Part shown: one piece after another, positions 18,526 to 29,461 of the stretch | Numbering within the stretch: the stretch's first letter is position 1 | How the letters are laid out: every line of letters starts with the position of its first letter | NCBI GenBank assembly: GCA_903957365.1 | Contig: CAJBPB010000286.1 | Coordinates: 8,046-72,045 of the forward strand | DNA: 64,000 nucleotides | Source of the DNA: an uncultured Bacteroidota bacterium | GTDB taxonomy: Bacteria; Bacteroidota; Bacteroidia; Bacteroidales; F082 | Reading direction: 5' to 3' | Position numbers and translations under genes: made by a program | The notes under the pieces: generated by a model | Seen by the model: the letters and a program-made list of their open reading frames with translations, nothing else | Database searches by the model: none | What the model was told of the DNA's origin: nothing

Positions 18526-19803
18526 CTAAGTCTTCTGTTTTTTCTTCTTCGCTGCTGGAAATAATACATTATTTAATATCAGACGGTAACCAGGTGAATT
18601 GGGAAACAAATCCAGTTCAGTTGGGGGATCGCCAACCATGTGCTGGTAATCTTCCGGATCGTGTCCTCCAAAAAAAGTCCAGAAACCATTGCCAAACGTA
18701 CCATGAATATAACGATCCTCATTGGCAACATTATTCTCGCCCAGAACGATTACTGACGATTTCACTTTTGGTTTGTCGAACGCAGTTGTCTGCCCCATGA
18801 ATCCCCGGATAATTTTTTCATGATTTTGCGTTAGCATGGTTGGTACAGGATCCCATTTGGCTGAAAAATCAAACAATGTAAAAAAATCATTGCTTTCGTT
18901 CAGTCGTTGCTGACGATGATTGGTGACATCAATATCCGAAATCTCATATTCCTGAGGATTGGTCGAAAGGCTGAAATCTGTAAAAGCAAAACAATTATCA
19001 TAATTCAAACGATCCGGATCACCAGGATTGACGGGATCTCCGTCAAACATTATATCACAGATATCAAGTCCGATTGCCGCCAGTGAAACATCATAACTAT
19101 CAGTAGCCGAACACATGGCGAACATATAACCACCACCAGCCACAAATTCTCGAATTTTCATTGCTACGGCCAGTTTGAGTTCCGAAACTTTTGAAAAACC
19201 ATGTCGCTTCGCCGATTCTTCCTGCATCTTTACATCCTCCTGATACCATGGATAACTGCGGTACCGTGACCAGAATTTACCATATTGACCGGTGAAATCT
19301 TCATGGTGCAGGTGCAACCAGTCGTACATGGGTAAAACACCATCCAGAACCTCATCATCATAAATTACATCATAAGGAATTTCAGCATATTTTAAAACCA
19401 GTGTTACAGCATCATCCCATGGCAATTTGTTTTTAGGCGAATAAACTGCAATCCTCGGCACTTTCTGCAGCTGCATCTCATCCATATTCACTCCCGGATC
19501 AGCAATTTCAAGCAAAATAGCATTTGCCTGGGCATCAGCAATTACCTGATAATACACATTCCTTATTTTACATTCCTTTTCGAATCCCTGACTATAAGGC
19601 ATCATATAACTGCCACCACGATAATTTAATAACCAGCTGATTTGCACATCCTGTTTCAAAACCCAGAATGCAATCCCATAGGCCTTCAAATGATTTGTCT
19701 GACTTTCATCCATTGGTATCAGAAGAAAAGCCGAATAAGCTTTTGAAAGCGATATCAATAGGATTGCCAGACTTATAAGTGTACTTCTAAACAATATTTT
19801 CAT
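18526..19803 (-). CDS. secreted conserved protein, class-I glutamine-amidotransferase-like (family often auto-annotated 'asparagine synthetase B')
   Basis: Start chosen at the ATG at 19803 (MKILFRSTLISLAILLISLSKAYS signal peptide). Nucleophile-elbow-like FAMCSATDS and a lysine-rich tail AAKKKKQKT. Confidence 0.45.
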   Translation of the reverse strand: MKILFRSTLISLAILLISLSKAYSAFLLIPMDESQTNHLKAYGIAFWVLKQDVQISWLLNYRGGSYMMPYSQGFEKECKIRNVYYQVIADAQANAILLEIADPGVNMDEMQLQKVPRIAVYSPKNKLPWDDAVTLVLKYAEIPYDVIYDDEVLDGVLPMYDWLHLHHEDFTGQYGKFWSRYRSYPWYQEDVKMQEESAKRHGFSKVSELKLAVAMKIREFVAGGGYMFAMCSATDSYDVSLAAIGLDICDIMFDGDPVNPGDPDRLNYDNCFAFTDFSLSTNPQEYEISDIDVTNHRQQRLNESNDFFTLFDFSAKWDPVPTMLTQNHEKIIRGFMGQTTAFDKPKVKSSVIVLGENNVANEDRYIHGTFGNGFWTFFGGHDPEDYQHMVGDPPTELDLFPNSPGYRLILNNVLFPAAKKKKQKT

Positions 19804-20009
19804 GCTAAAAAATGCCTCTGATTTGATTTTATTAAGCGTAAAAGTAAATAAAATGCCTCGATTATGCGACTTGATTATCAAAACAAGAGATCCTGAACCC
19901 GGAGTATTCCAATTTAACAGGCTTCTGTAAGGTAATAATAACGAAGTTTTATTATTAATCTTATCATTATCAAATCCATTGGAATTAGAAAGTACAACAA
20001 CTTATTTCG

Positions 20010-20017
20010 TACTTTTG
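20010..20017 (+). promoter_or_regulatory. -7 promoter box TACTTTTG for gcvT
   Basis: Exact TAnnTTTG match 69 nt upstream of the gcvT ATG. Confidence 0.35.
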
Positions 20018-20085
20018 TACAAAATTTAAATAACGTGTAAGTTTATTTTAACTCACACATTTACAACTTTTTATAAAATATTATA

Positions 20086-21174
20086 ATGAAAAAAACTGCG
20101 TTAAACAAGGTGCACCATGCCATGGGAGGCAAGATGGTTCCTTTTGCCGGATTTGAAATGCCGGTTCAATTCGAAGGTGTAAATGCTGAACATGAAACTG
20201 TTCGCTTAAAACTTGGGGTTTTTGATGTTTCTCATATGGGTGAATTCTGGGTGGAAGGACCGAATGCATTTAATCTTGTTCAACATCTGACAACCAATGA
20301 TGTAGCAGCATTGTACGATGGCAAAATACAATACTCCTGTTATCCGAATGGTAAAGGTGGTATCGTGGATGATTTGCTTGTTTACCGTTTTAATGCAGAA
20401 AAATATCTTTTGGTAGTAAATGCATCCAATATCGATAAAGACTGGAACTGGGTAAATGATAACAACAGTTTCGGCGCAAAACTCACCAATGTTTCAGATG
20501 TAACTTCGCAATTGGCAGTACAGGGACCATTGGCGCTCGAAGCCATGCAGAAACTTACTTCAACCAAAGTTACTGATATGGAATATTATACCTTTAAGGT
20601 GATTGAGTTTGCAGGCATCAAAGACATACTGTTCTCCACCACAGGGTATACCGGAGCCGGTGGATGTGAAATTTATTTCAAAAACGAGGATGCTGAAAAG
20701 ATTTATCAGGCAGTGCTTGAAGCAGGCGCTGAATTTGGAATCAAACCAATTGGATTAGCCGCACGTGACACTCTGCGCCTCGAGATGGGATTTAGCCTCT
20801 ACGGAAACGATATTGATGACACTACTTCACCAATAGAAGCCGGATTAGGATGGATTACGAAATTTGTAGATGGCAATGATTTTGTTGACCGTAGCAAAAT
20901 GGAGAAGATCAAAGCCAATGGGCCGACAAAAATGCTAAAAGCATTCGAAATTTCTGACAAAGGTGTGCCAAGACATGATTATGAGATTTGCAATGCCAAA
21001 GGTGATGTAATTGGAAAAGTCACTTCAGGCACAATGTCACCTATGTTAAAGAAAGGGATCGGTATGGGTTATGTTTCAAGTGAATATGGTAAACTGGGTT
21101 CAGAAATTTTTATCAATATCCGCGAAAAGCTTGTACCTGCAAAGATCGTGAAGTTACCTTTTTATAAAGGATAA
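20086..21174 (+). CDS. gcvT: glycine cleavage system aminomethyltransferase (T protein)
   Basis: 362 aa. [21 protein letters not shown] and [11 protein letters not shown] motifs. Confidence 0.95.
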   Translation: MKKTALNKVHHAMGGKMVPFAGFEMPVQFEGVNAEHETVRLKLGVFDVSHMGEFWVEGPNAFNLVQHLTTNDVAALYDGKIQYSCYPNGKGGIVDDLLVYRFNAEKYLLVVNASNIDKDWNWVNDNNSFGAKLTNVSDVTSQLAVQGPLALEAMQKLTSTKVTDMEYYTFKVIEFAGIKDILFSTTGYTGAGGCEIYFKNEDAEKIYQAVLEAGAEFGIKPIGLAARDTLRLEMGFSLYGNDIDDTTSPIEAGLGWITKFVDGNDFVDRSKMEKIKANGPTKMLKAFEISDKGVPRHDYEICNAKGDVIGKVTSGTMSPMLKKGIGMGYVSSEYGKLGSEIFINIREKLVPAKIVKLPFYKG

Positions 21175-21176
21175 TT

Positions 21177-21283
21177 GGAGTTCGAAATGCGGAGTTCGGA
21201 GTTTATTAACTCTAGTTCACTTTAGCTCACTTTAGCTCACTCTAGTTCACTCTAGTTCACTCTAGTTCACTTTAGCTCACTAC
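21177..21283 (+). repeat. composite intergenic repeat: GGAGTTCG..GCGGAGTTCGGAGTT arm, AT spacer, then 7 tandem 10-mers ACTYTAGYTC
   Basis: Read directly. Units at 21209-21278: ACTCTAGTTC x4 and ACTTTAGCTC x3, plus a partial ACTAC. Starts 3 nt after the gcvT stop and ends 20 nt before the next ATG. Same family as 54842-55028. Confidence 0.9.
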
Positions 21284-21302
21284 TAAAATAACATACACAA
21301 TT

Positions 21303-23270
21303 ATGAATAACGACTTCATATGGCAAACCGAACAATTTGCTGACACCAGAATACTCAGATACCGCATTGAAGGTTTTGAAAACCTCTCATTGAACCAGAA
21401 AATATTCGCCTGGTATTTGTATCAGGCGGCAATGACCGGACGTGATATCAATATGGATCAAAACTATAAATACAATATCCTGATCCGACGTTGTCTGGAA
21501 GCTATTGTACTGCATTATCGGGGCAGCCGCAATTCTGAATCATGGAATAACTTCATGATTTATGTGAAGAAATTCTGGTTTTCGAATGGTTTACACCACC
21601 ATAATTCGATGGATAAGTTGCAGGCCGGATTTACTGAAAGTTATTTCAGGAAATTGTTTTTTGATATCCATGATGAAAAACTTCCTTTGAATGTTCATCA
21701 GTCACAGACAGAATTGTATAAGTTTATCAAAGATCAGATATTCAACCCGGCGGTTGCTCCCAAGCGTTTGCAGCAGGATGAAGGCACAGATCACATTGTT
21801 GGTTCAGCTTGTAATTTCTACGAAAACCTTACACAAGCCGAAGTCGAAGCATTTTATGCTTCAAAAACCAATCCTGAAGATAAAACCCCTGTTTCGCATG
21901 GATTGAACAGTAAACTGATCAAAAAAGATGGTATAATCAAAGAATTGGTATACAAATCAGATGGATTATACGGCAAAGCGATCCGTAAAATCGTGATTTT
22001 TTTAGAGCATGCGTATAAATATGCAGAATCAGAACTGCAACGACAAAGCATTCTGAAACTAGTTCAATTTTATGAAACCGGTGACCTGAAGGCATTTGAT
22101 GAATATAGTATATTATGGGTGAAAGATACCGAACCTGCTATTGATTTCGTGAATGGCTTCATCGAAGTGTATGCTGATCCGATGGGATTTCACGGTTCAT
22201 GGCAATCCATGGTTTCAATACGTGATGAGGAAGCTACTATCAGGTTTCAATCAATCAGTGAGATGGCTGGTTGGTTCGAAAAGAACTCACCCATCGACAA
22301 AAAATATAAACGTTCAGATCCGAAAGGTGTTAGTTTTAAAGTGATTCAGGTGATTGCAGAATCAGGTGATTGTTCACCAACTTCTCCGATAGGTGTCAAT
22401 CTGCCGAATGCCGACTGGATAAGATCAGAACATGGATCGAAATCCGTTTCTTTGGGCAATATTGAAGATGCCTATGAAAATGCATCCAAAAGCACCGGAA
22501 GCATTGAGGAATTTTATTTACCGGAACAACAGCAGCGCATCCGTGATTTTGCGCCGTTGGCTTCGAAACTCCACACAGCACTGCATGAGGTAATAGGTCA
22601 CGGAAGTGGAAAACTCGCAGAAGGTGTTTCCACACCCAAAGAATCGCTGAAGAGTTATTCGAACACCATCGAGGAGGCGCGTGCTGATTTGGTGGCTTTA
22701 TATTATATTACTGATCCTGAGCTGATAAAACGTGGTTTGGTTACCAATGAGGAAGTTGGGAAAGCTGAATATGATAGTTTCATGTTGAACAGCATGATGC
22801 GCCAGTTAGTTCGTGTCGAGCCGGGACAGCAACTCGAAGAAAGCCACGCCAGAAACAGACAGTTGATTGCACAATGGGTTTTCGAAAAAGGGAAATCCAA
22901 AAAAGTGGTTGAACAGGTAAAGAAAAAAGGCAAAATTTATTTCAAAGTAAATGATTATCAGGCATTACGTGTCTTATTTGGTGAACTGCTCCGTGAAGTA
23001 CAACGTATTAAATCGGAAGGCGATTACGAAGCAGCAAAAAACCTTGTTGAAAACTATGGAGTAAAAATAGATGCAGAACTTCATAAAGAGGTACTTGAAA
23101 GATGGGAGAAACTAAAAATTGCACCATTCGCCGGTTTTATCAATCCTAAATTAGAGGTGGAAATATTTGAAGGCAAAATCAAAGATGTTGTGGTTAGGTA
23201 TCCCGATGATTTCACAAAACAAATGCTCTATTATGCTGAAAACTATTCGTTTTTACCTTCAGTCTGTTAA
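21303..23270 (+). CDS. dipeptidyl-peptidase III-like zinc metallopeptidase (family M49)
   Basis: 655 aa. HEVIGHGSG (HExxGH) and EEARADL (EExRAE) zinc-binding motifs at the spacing typical of M49. Confidence 0.85.
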   Translation: MNNDFIWQTEQFADTRILRYRIEGFENLSLNQKIFAWYLYQAAMTGRDINMDQNYKYNILIRRCLEAIVLHYRGSRNSESWNNFMIYVKKFWFSNGLHHHNSMDKLQAGFTESYFRKLFFDIHDEKLPLNVHQSQTELYKFIKDQIFNPAVAPKRLQQDEGTDHIVGSACNFYENLTQAEVEAFYASKTNPEDKTPVSHGLNSKLIKKDGIIKELVYKSDGLYGKAIRKIVIFLEHAYKYAESELQRQSILKLVQFYETGDLKAFDEYSILWVKDTEPAIDFVNGFIEVYADPMGFHGSWQSMVSIRDEEATIRFQSISEMAGWFEKNSPIDKKYKRSDPKGVSFKVIQVIAESGDCSPTSPIGVNLPNADWIRSEHGSKSVSLGNIEDAYENASKSTGSIEEFYLPEQQQRIRDFAPLASKLHTALHEVIGHGSGKLAEGVSTPKESLKSYSNTIEEARADLVALYYITDPELIKRGLVTNEEVGKAEYDSFMLNSMMRQLVRVEPGQQLEESHARNRQLIAQWVFEKGKSKKVVEQVKKKGKIYFKVNDYQALRVLFGELLREVQRIKSEGDYEAAKNLVENYGVKIDAELHKEVLERWEKLKIAPFAGFINPKLEVEIFEGKIKDVVVRYPDDFTKQMLYYAENYSFLPSVC

Positions 23271-23298
23271 AATAATTTGTTTTTTCAAATTAACTGAA

Positions 23299-23337
23299 AC
23301 CCTTGAAAGACTTAACTTTCAGGGGTTTTTGTTTTTT
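23299..23337 (+). terminator. Rho-independent terminator
   Basis: CCCTTGAAAG-ACTTAA-CTTTCAGGGG (10-bp stem with one G.U) followed by TTTTTGTTTTTT, 30 nt after the M49 stop. Confidence 0.8.
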
Positions 23338-23692
23338 GAATCAGACTCTAAAAACTTCCAACAGATTCGAAATCCCAAATATCAGGATGACAAATAAAAA
23401 TTGGCGTTTCAAGAGCTGTTTTTTTGATTAAGATACACTTTTAAAAAATTCCCGGTAAAATGAATGTCACAAAAACCTTAAATTTTAGTTAAAAAAACAA
23501 CATCATCTGCCAGTCTCTTGACTTAAGAATTCATACAACTCACTATTTACGGCAAATTTGAATATTTTGTTCAAAACAGTAGATCAAATGAATTGTATTC
23601 AATTTTTCTTACTTAGGTCATATATCAAAAAAGCTTTTGATTTCTAATAGCTTAATCAGAAATAAGGAATTTTTTGACAAATTAAGATAATT

Positions 23693-23726
23693 AAAAAAGT
23701 CCGACAGGCAAATCGCCTATCGGACT
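23693..23726 (-). terminator. Rho-independent terminator downstream of hppA
   Basis: Minus-strand AGTCCGATAGGC-GATTT-GCCTGTCGGACT (12-bp stem with one G.U) followed by TTTTTT, ~50 nt after the hppA stop. Confidence 0.8.
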
Positions 23727-23776
23727 TCAGAATTTAAATCTATTAATCATTCACAAAAAAGAATGATATTTTTTTG

Positions 23777-26071
23777 TTAAAAAAGACTCAATGTTACAGT
23801 AAGACCTGCCATTACAACGGCTACCATTGTCATGAGTTTAATCAGGATATTTAATGAAGGGCCGCTGGTATCTTTGAATGGATCGCCAACTGTATCACCA
23901 ACCACACTTGCTTTATGAGTTTCACTGCCTTTTCCACCATAATTTCCTTTTTCAACAAACTTCTTGGCATTGTCCCAGGCACCACCCGAATTATTTAGCA
24001 TCGAAGCGAGGGTAAAACCGGCTGTAAGACCACCTACGATCAAACCAATGACACCGGCAACACCCATAACGATTCCTATGACTACCGGAACCACAATAGC
24101 AAGTAAAGAAGGAATTACCATTTCGCGTTGGGCACCTTTCGTTGAGATGGCAACACATTTGGCATATTCTGGTGTTGCGGTACCTTCCATGATACCCGGA
24201 ATCTCTCGGAACTGACGACGGACTTCGTCAACCATTGCGCCAGCAGCACGACCGACTGCTTTCATAGTCATGGCTGAAAAAACAAATGCCATCATTGCAC
24301 CCAGGAAAATTCCTCCTAATAATAGAGGATTGAATACTGTAAGATCATAGGCATCAGAAAAATCGCTGATTGATGCGGTTGTAAGTAAAACAACCCGCTG
24401 GCCTTGCTCTGCAACAGGTGTTACAACTGCTTTGGCAGTATAAAATATGATATCACCAACTTGTTTTACTCCACCCGTTCCTTCGGCAACTTTACCAATC
24501 CATAAACGGATTTCTTCTATATAGGCGGCCATTAAAGCCAGTGCAGTAAGCGCTGCTGATCCGATAGCAAATCCTTTACCAGTGGCAGCTGTAGTGTTAC
24601 CAAGCATATCAAGCGCATCAGTACGCTCACGGACTTCTTTTGGAAGATGTGCCATTTCTGCATTACCTCCTGCATTGTCAGCAATCGGACCAAAAGCATC
24701 TGTAGCAAGAGTAATTCCAAGTGTCGAAAGCATGCCCACCGCAGCGAAACCAATACCATAAACGCCCATTCCAAAGTCATGGAATCCGCCTGCTGAACCA
24801 TAAGCTGCAATAATTCCTGCGACAATTACTGTAACAGGAAGCCAGGTTGAAAACATCCCCACTGCGATACCATCGATAATTGTAGTTGCAGCGCCCATTG
24901 TGGCTTGTTTTGCAATACCTTTTGTTGGTTTGTATTCATCAGAAGTGAAATATTCTGTTCCTTGACCGATAATTACTCCGGCAACTAAACCTGCGACAAC
25001 TGATCCAAAAATACCAAACGAAATCCAGTCAAAATAGGCCATCAGAGCAACTACAACCAGAATCAGAGCAGAACTACCTCCTGTTCCAATAAGTAAGGCA
25101 TTCAGTAAACTTTTCTGTGAAGCGGATTCTTTTGTACGAACAAAAAAGATTCCTAAAATGGAAATCAAAGTTCCAACAGCAGCCACTACCATCGGTGCAA
25201 TGACATATTTTCCTTCATCAGCGCTGGAAATAATTGGTAATGCAGCTCCAAGTGCCGCAGTCGCTAGTATTGAACCAGCGTATGATTCATAAAGGTCGGC
25301 TCCCATACCGGCAACGTCACCAACATTATCACCAACATTATCGGCAATAGTGGCTGGATTACGCGGATCATCTTCAGGAATACCAGCTTCAACTTTTCCA
25401 ACGAGGTCAGCGCCAACATCAGCAGCTTTGGTATAAATACCACCGCCTACACGGGCAAACAAAGCCTGAGTAGATGCACCCATTCCAAAAGTCAGCATTG
25501 TTGCAGTTACTTCAATCATTTTTACATGTTCAGATGTATCAGGATTAACAAAATTCAGACCCATAAAGGTTAAACCATGTTGCATGTTTTCAGGTGTATA
25601 AACCCATTGTGTGAGGGCGTAATACCAGGCAGAAATATCAAGAAGTGCAAAACCAACCACAACCAAACCCATTACAGCTCCGCTTCGAAATGCAATTTGA
25701 AGACCTTTGTTAAGCGATAGACTTGCGCCGTGGGCAGTGCGGGCTGATGCATAGGTTGCCGTTTTCATTCCAAGGAAACCGCATAATCCTGAGAAAAATC
25801 CACCTGTCAGAAAAGCAACAGGTACAAAGGGATTCTGCACACCCATATAAGCAAGTATGCCAAGCAAGATAACCAACACAACAAAAACCTTGGTTACAAC
25901 TTTGTACTGACTACTTAAATATGCCATTGAACCTTCACGCACATAAAGCGCAATTCTCTTCATCTCATCAGTTCCCTCACTGTTCTTCATCATTTTTTGA
26001 AAGAAATAGTAAGCAAACAAAAGGGCCATCACCGAAGACACGGGAACAATCCAAAATACAGTGTTCATCAT
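23777..26071 (-). CDS. hppA: membrane-bound proton/sodium-translocating pyrophosphatase
   Basis: 764 aa, about 16 TM helices. Signature [18 protein letters not shown] and [15 protein letters not shown]. Confidence 0.97.
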   Translation of the reverse strand: MMNTVFWIVPVSSVMALLFAYYFFQKMMKNSEGTDEMKRIALYVREGSMAYLSSQYKVVTKVFVVLVILLGILAYMGVQNPFVPVAFLTGGFFSGLCGFLGMKTATYASARTAHGASLSLNKGLQIAFRSGAVMGLVVVGFALLDISAWYYALTQWVYTPENMQHGLTFMGLNFVNPDTSEHVKMIEVTATMLTFGMGASTQALFARVGGGIYTKAADVGADLVGKVEAGIPEDDPRNPATIADNVGDNVGDVAGMGADLYESYAGSILATAALGAALPIISSADEGKYVIAPMVVAAVGTLISILGIFFVRTKESASQKSLLNALLIGTGGSSALILVVVALMAYFDWISFGIFGSVVAGLVAGVIIGQGTEYFTSDEYKPTKGIAKQATMGAATTIIDGIAVGMFSTWLPVTVIVAGIIAAYGSAGGFHDFGMGVYGIGFAAVGMLSTLGITLATDAFGPIADNAGGNAEMAHLPKEVRERTDALDMLGNTTAATGKGFAIGSAALTALALMAAYIEEIRLWIGKVAEGTGGVKQVGDIIFYTAKAVVTPVAEQGQRVVLLTTASISDFSDAYDLTVFNPLLLGGIFLGAMMAFVFSAMTMKAVGRAAGAMVDEVRRQFREIPGIMEGTATPEYAKCVAISTKGAQREMVIPSLLAIVVPVVIGIVMGVAGVIGLIVGGLTAGFTLASMLNNSGGAWDNAKKFVEKGNYGGKGSETHKASVVGDTVGDPFKDTSGPSLNILIKLMTMVAVVMAGLTVTLSLF

Positions 26072-26449
26072 AAATTTAAGATTTGGTTATTAATAATTAA
26101 AAAAATCCAATTCCATTTCACGGTTGATTTATAAACCGCCCCACCATTTCGATTAAACAGACTTTAAAATTTCACTTCCGCAAACGATTGCAAAATGTAA
26201 AACAGAAATGACAGTCAGCAAAAATAATGACTTATTTAGTTTATCAAAGGAATAATTTTCTAAATTTCGGATTGTTGGGTTTTCTTTCTGAAGTTGGGAA
26301 GTCTTTTAAATTACAAGATCAGGAATAATTTCAATTTTCGTAAATTTTCAAAAAAAATTAATAGATGAAAATATGAAAATTCAACCATGAATGGTTGTTT
26401 GATAAAGCATAACGAAAACTTAGAAATTCCTGCAGGCGGGTCATTTTAA

Positions 26450-26890
26450 TCAGAAAAAATAGGGAAGAAAGCGCCACGATTTTTGCATATACTCTTTGTA
26501 TTCAGGAAAATGTAATAAAAGCTTTTTTTCTTCAAAACGAATTTTAAACAATAAATTAACACACAAAATCGCCAATACTATCATTCTAGTCCAGGTAAAA
26601 TATTCAATCACAAGAGCTGCAACCATCAGTAATTGAGCAAAATACATTGGGTGACGAACCCATTCATAAATACCTGTAGCAACAAATTTTGCATCATCTT
26701 TAGGAACGGGTGTTACCTTAAAATTTCCAATTCCCATATTTAAAATAGAAAGTATTCCTAGAAAAAAACCGACTGCCTCCACTAACATCCAATGCATGGA
26801 TTTGGCAATCATTGGTGCGGAAGCAAATAAAAATGCCAGGCTTGAAAACTGTATAAAAACAAAAAAATAGGGCCAGAATCTTTTTTTCAT
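26450..26890 (-). CDS. isoprenylcysteine carboxyl methyltransferase (ICMT)/phospholipid methyltransferase-family membrane protein
   Basis: Start at the ATG at 26890 (MKKRFWPYFFVF...). Four TM helices and a GIYEWVRHPMYF motif. Confidence 0.7.
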   Translation of the reverse strand: MKKRFWPYFFVFIQFSSLAFLFASAPMIAKSMHWMLVEAVGFFLGILSILNMGIGNFKVTPVPKDDAKFVATGIYEWVRHPMYFAQLLMVAALVIEYFTWTRMIVLAILCVNLLFKIRFEEKKLLLHFPEYKEYMQKSWRFLPYFF

Positions 26891-27087
26891 GCTGTTTTTT
26901 TTAAAAACTCCCGGTTCGGTAGTTTTGATCCTCATTAAATTGCAAGTAGTGAAGAGGTCCTCCCCGGGAGTAAGCACAAATGTAAGTACCTAAATCTGAA
27001 AAAAGAAGATTACTGCTAAATTAATTTTATAAAGCGGAAAGCGATAAAGAATTTTCCAATTATCAAATTACAATTACCAAACTTAAA

Positions 27088-29403
27088 TCAGTGCGATTTT
27101 CCCATAATAAACTCCAATACACCTCCATTCATAAGTTCTTCATGCAATAAATAATTACGGTCCAGTTCCTTGCCATTCAATTTGATTTTACGGACAAATA
27201 CATTATTTATATCCTGGTTTCTGGTGGTAATTTTCATTGTCTTCCCGTTTTCAAAATGCAGAATTGCATCTTTAACCATCGGACTTCCAATAGCGTAACG
27301 GTTTGATCCCGGACAAACAGGATAAAATCCCAGCGCACTGAAAACGTACCATGCACTCATTTGCCCGGCATCATCATTTCCACATAATCCATCTTCTTTA
27401 TTTCCATACATTGTTTTCATTATCATCCTTACGCGATCCTGGGTCTTCCATGGTTTATCTGTCCAGTTATATAAATAAGGTAGGTGATGACCCGGTTCGT
27501 TACCATGTACATAATTCCCAATCATACCGTCACGGGTAATATCCTCATTTTTTTCGATGTATTTATCTTCAAGTTTCATTGTGAAAATTGAATCTAAATG
27601 TGCAATGAAAGCATCATTTCCGCCATTCATTTCGATCAGTCGCTCAATATCCTGCGGAAGAAATAAACTGTATGTCCAGGCATTGCCTTCAATAAATCCC
27701 TGACCATGTGTGTCCAAAGGATCAAATTTCTTTACCCACTCATGATCAGCAAGTTTTGGTTTCATGAATCTGTATCCCGGATCAAATACATTTTCGAATG
27801 AAGCGGACCGTTTCAAATAATTCTTATAATTAGATGAATCGTCATTCATACGGGCTATTTCTGCGATGCACCAGTCATCATAAGCGTATTCCAATGTTTT
27901 TGAAACACTATTTGTACTTTTGTCTTCCGGAACAAAACCATATTTAAGGTAATCACCCAAACCGTCAAAGTATTCGCATTGTGATGTTTTAACAGCAGCA
28001 TTTAAAGCTCTTTCCGGATCAAATCCGATATAACCTTTTGCCATCGCATCGGCGATAACCGAAACAGAATGGTAGCCGATCATACACCAGTTTTCGTTGG
28101 CATAATGGCTCCATACCGGTAACATTTTGTGAACACTTTGGTCATAGTGTGCCAGCATGGATTGTATCATATCATTGTTACGGGCAGGTTGTGTGATATT
28201 GAAAAGCGGATGCAATGCCCTAAAAGTATCCCAAAGTGAAAAAATTGTATAATTCGTGAAACCTTCTGATTGATGAATGTTCTGATCCAAACCGCGGTAA
28301 TAACCATCCACATCTTCAAACACCACCGGACTGAGCATGGTATGATACAATGCTGTGTAAAAAATGATCTTCTCCTCAGGGTTTATGGTTTCGACTTCAA
28401 TTTTTGCCAATTCGGCATTCCATTTTTGCTGACTTTCGCTTTTTGTCTGGTCAAAATCCCAATGTGGAATTTCAGCTTGCAAGTTTTTCATGGCGCCTTC
28501 AGTACTTACACCTGACAATGCAAACTTTATAAGAATCTGTTCTTTATCTTCAGTACTGAAATTGAAATACGCCCTGATCTCCTTTCCTGCCATTTCCGGA
28601 AAATTTTCATTTTCATTGAATTTCCGGTAGAAACTGTTATACAATGGTTTGTTGTATTTCTGATGACCGTAAGAAGTAAACTTTTTGGAAAATTGCATCA
28701 CAAAATAAACCGTTCTGGTCCGGGCCCAGCCATTCGTTTGCCTGTAACCAGTTACAGTTGAATCATTTTCGATTCGTACAAATGTCCAGACATTTTTATC
28801 AGCATGCTGATAAATACCCGCCATCAGGTCTAAAATAATATGGGTGCTGTCAGATTTTGGAAAGCTATACCGATGAAAGCCAACACGTTCTGTGGCTGTC
28901 ATTTCAGCTTTGATATTGTAATCATCCAACAGAACGGAGTAATAGGCCGGCTCAGCAAACTCATTGTCATGACTGAATCTGGAATGATAACCACTTTTAG
29001 AAACGGCAGCGTCGCCTGATTCAAGATTCAATTTTCCGACAGTCGGCATTACCAGAAAATCGCCCAGATCTGAATGCCCGGTCCCGCTGAAATGGGTATG
29101 ACTGAATCCAAAAATAGTTGAATCAGCATACTGATAACCAGAACAATAGCGATATGTTTCAGGATTATATTTTCCATTGATATGCAATGGTTCAAAATTG
29201 GTTTCAGGACTCAATTGAACCATACCGAATGGAACCGTTGCTCCGGGAAATGTATGCCCCATGTTTTTTGTACCAATAAAAGGATTCACAAACTGAATAT
29301 AATTATGATTGCCGACATTTTCACCTTCAAGACTGATTTGTTGTCCCATACCTGCCACCGGAAGTAAATATATTCCCAGTTTAATTAATCGCAATATTTT
29401 CAT
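27088..29403 (-). CDS. GH92 family alpha-mannosidase
   Basis: 771 aa, signal peptide. VNPFIGT...GHTFPGATVPFGMVQLSP and the later DDAGQMSAWYVFSALGFYP motif are typical of GH92. Confidence 0.9.
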   Translation of the reverse strand: MKILRLIKLGIYLLPVAGMGQQISLEGENVGNHNYIQFVNPFIGTKNMGHTFPGATVPFGMVQLSPETNFEPLHINGKYNPETYRYCSGYQYADSTIFGFSHTHFSGTGHSDLGDFLVMPTVGKLNLESGDAAVSKSGYHSRFSHDNEFAEPAYYSVLLDDYNIKAEMTATERVGFHRYSFPKSDSTHIILDLMAGIYQHADKNVWTFVRIENDSTVTGYRQTNGWARTRTVYFVMQFSKKFTSYGHQKYNKPLYNSFYRKFNENENFPEMAGKEIRAYFNFSTEDKEQILIKFALSGVSTEGAMKNLQAEIPHWDFDQTKSESQQKWNAELAKIEVETINPEEKIIFYTALYHTMLSPVVFEDVDGYYRGLDQNIHQSEGFTNYTIFSLWDTFRALHPLFNITQPARNNDMIQSMLAHYDQSVHKMLPVWSHYANENWCMIGYHSVSVIADAMAKGYIGFDPERALNAAVKTSQCEYFDGLGDYLKYGFVPEDKSTNSVSKTLEYAYDDWCIAEIARMNDDSSNYKNYLKRSASFENVFDPGYRFMKPKLADHEWVKKFDPLDTHGQGFIEGNAWTYSLFLPQDIERLIEMNGGNDAFIAHLDSIFTMKLEDKYIEKNEDITRDGMIGNYVHGNEPGHHLPYLYNWTDKPWKTQDRVRMIMKTMYGNKEDGLCGNDDAGQMSAWYVFSALGFYPVCPGSNRYAIGSPMVKDAILHFENGKTMKITTRNQDINNVFVRKIKLNGKELDRNYLLHEELMNGGVLEFIMGKSH

Positions 29404-29461
29404 GTATCGTTTAAATATTTTATAATGAATAAGTTATACAACAAACCTACAGAAATAATAA

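Noticed and set aside
19882-20085. Possible glycine riboswitch upstream of gcvT (I also checked 15301-15460 upstream of gcvP).
   Set aside because: I found no GGAGAG…CACCG…GGGCAA-type conserved cores or tandem aptamer-like GC-rich helices. Both leaders are AT-rich and short after the -7 box. A cmscan against Rfam would settle it.
21209-21283. Tandem direct repeats that might at first glance be taken for a CRISPR array (the same applies to 54985-55028).
   Set aside because: Units are 10 bp and strictly head-to-tail with no spacers. CRISPR repeats are ~24-48 bp separated by unique spacers, and no cas genes are in the window.
27057-27087. Degenerate 7-mer run (CAATTAT CAAATTA CAATTAC CAAACTTA) immediately 3' of the GH92 stop, possibly another stop-adjacent tandem array.
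   Set aside because: The units are too degenerate and too AT-rich to distinguish from low-complexity background. I did not count it with the clear arrays.
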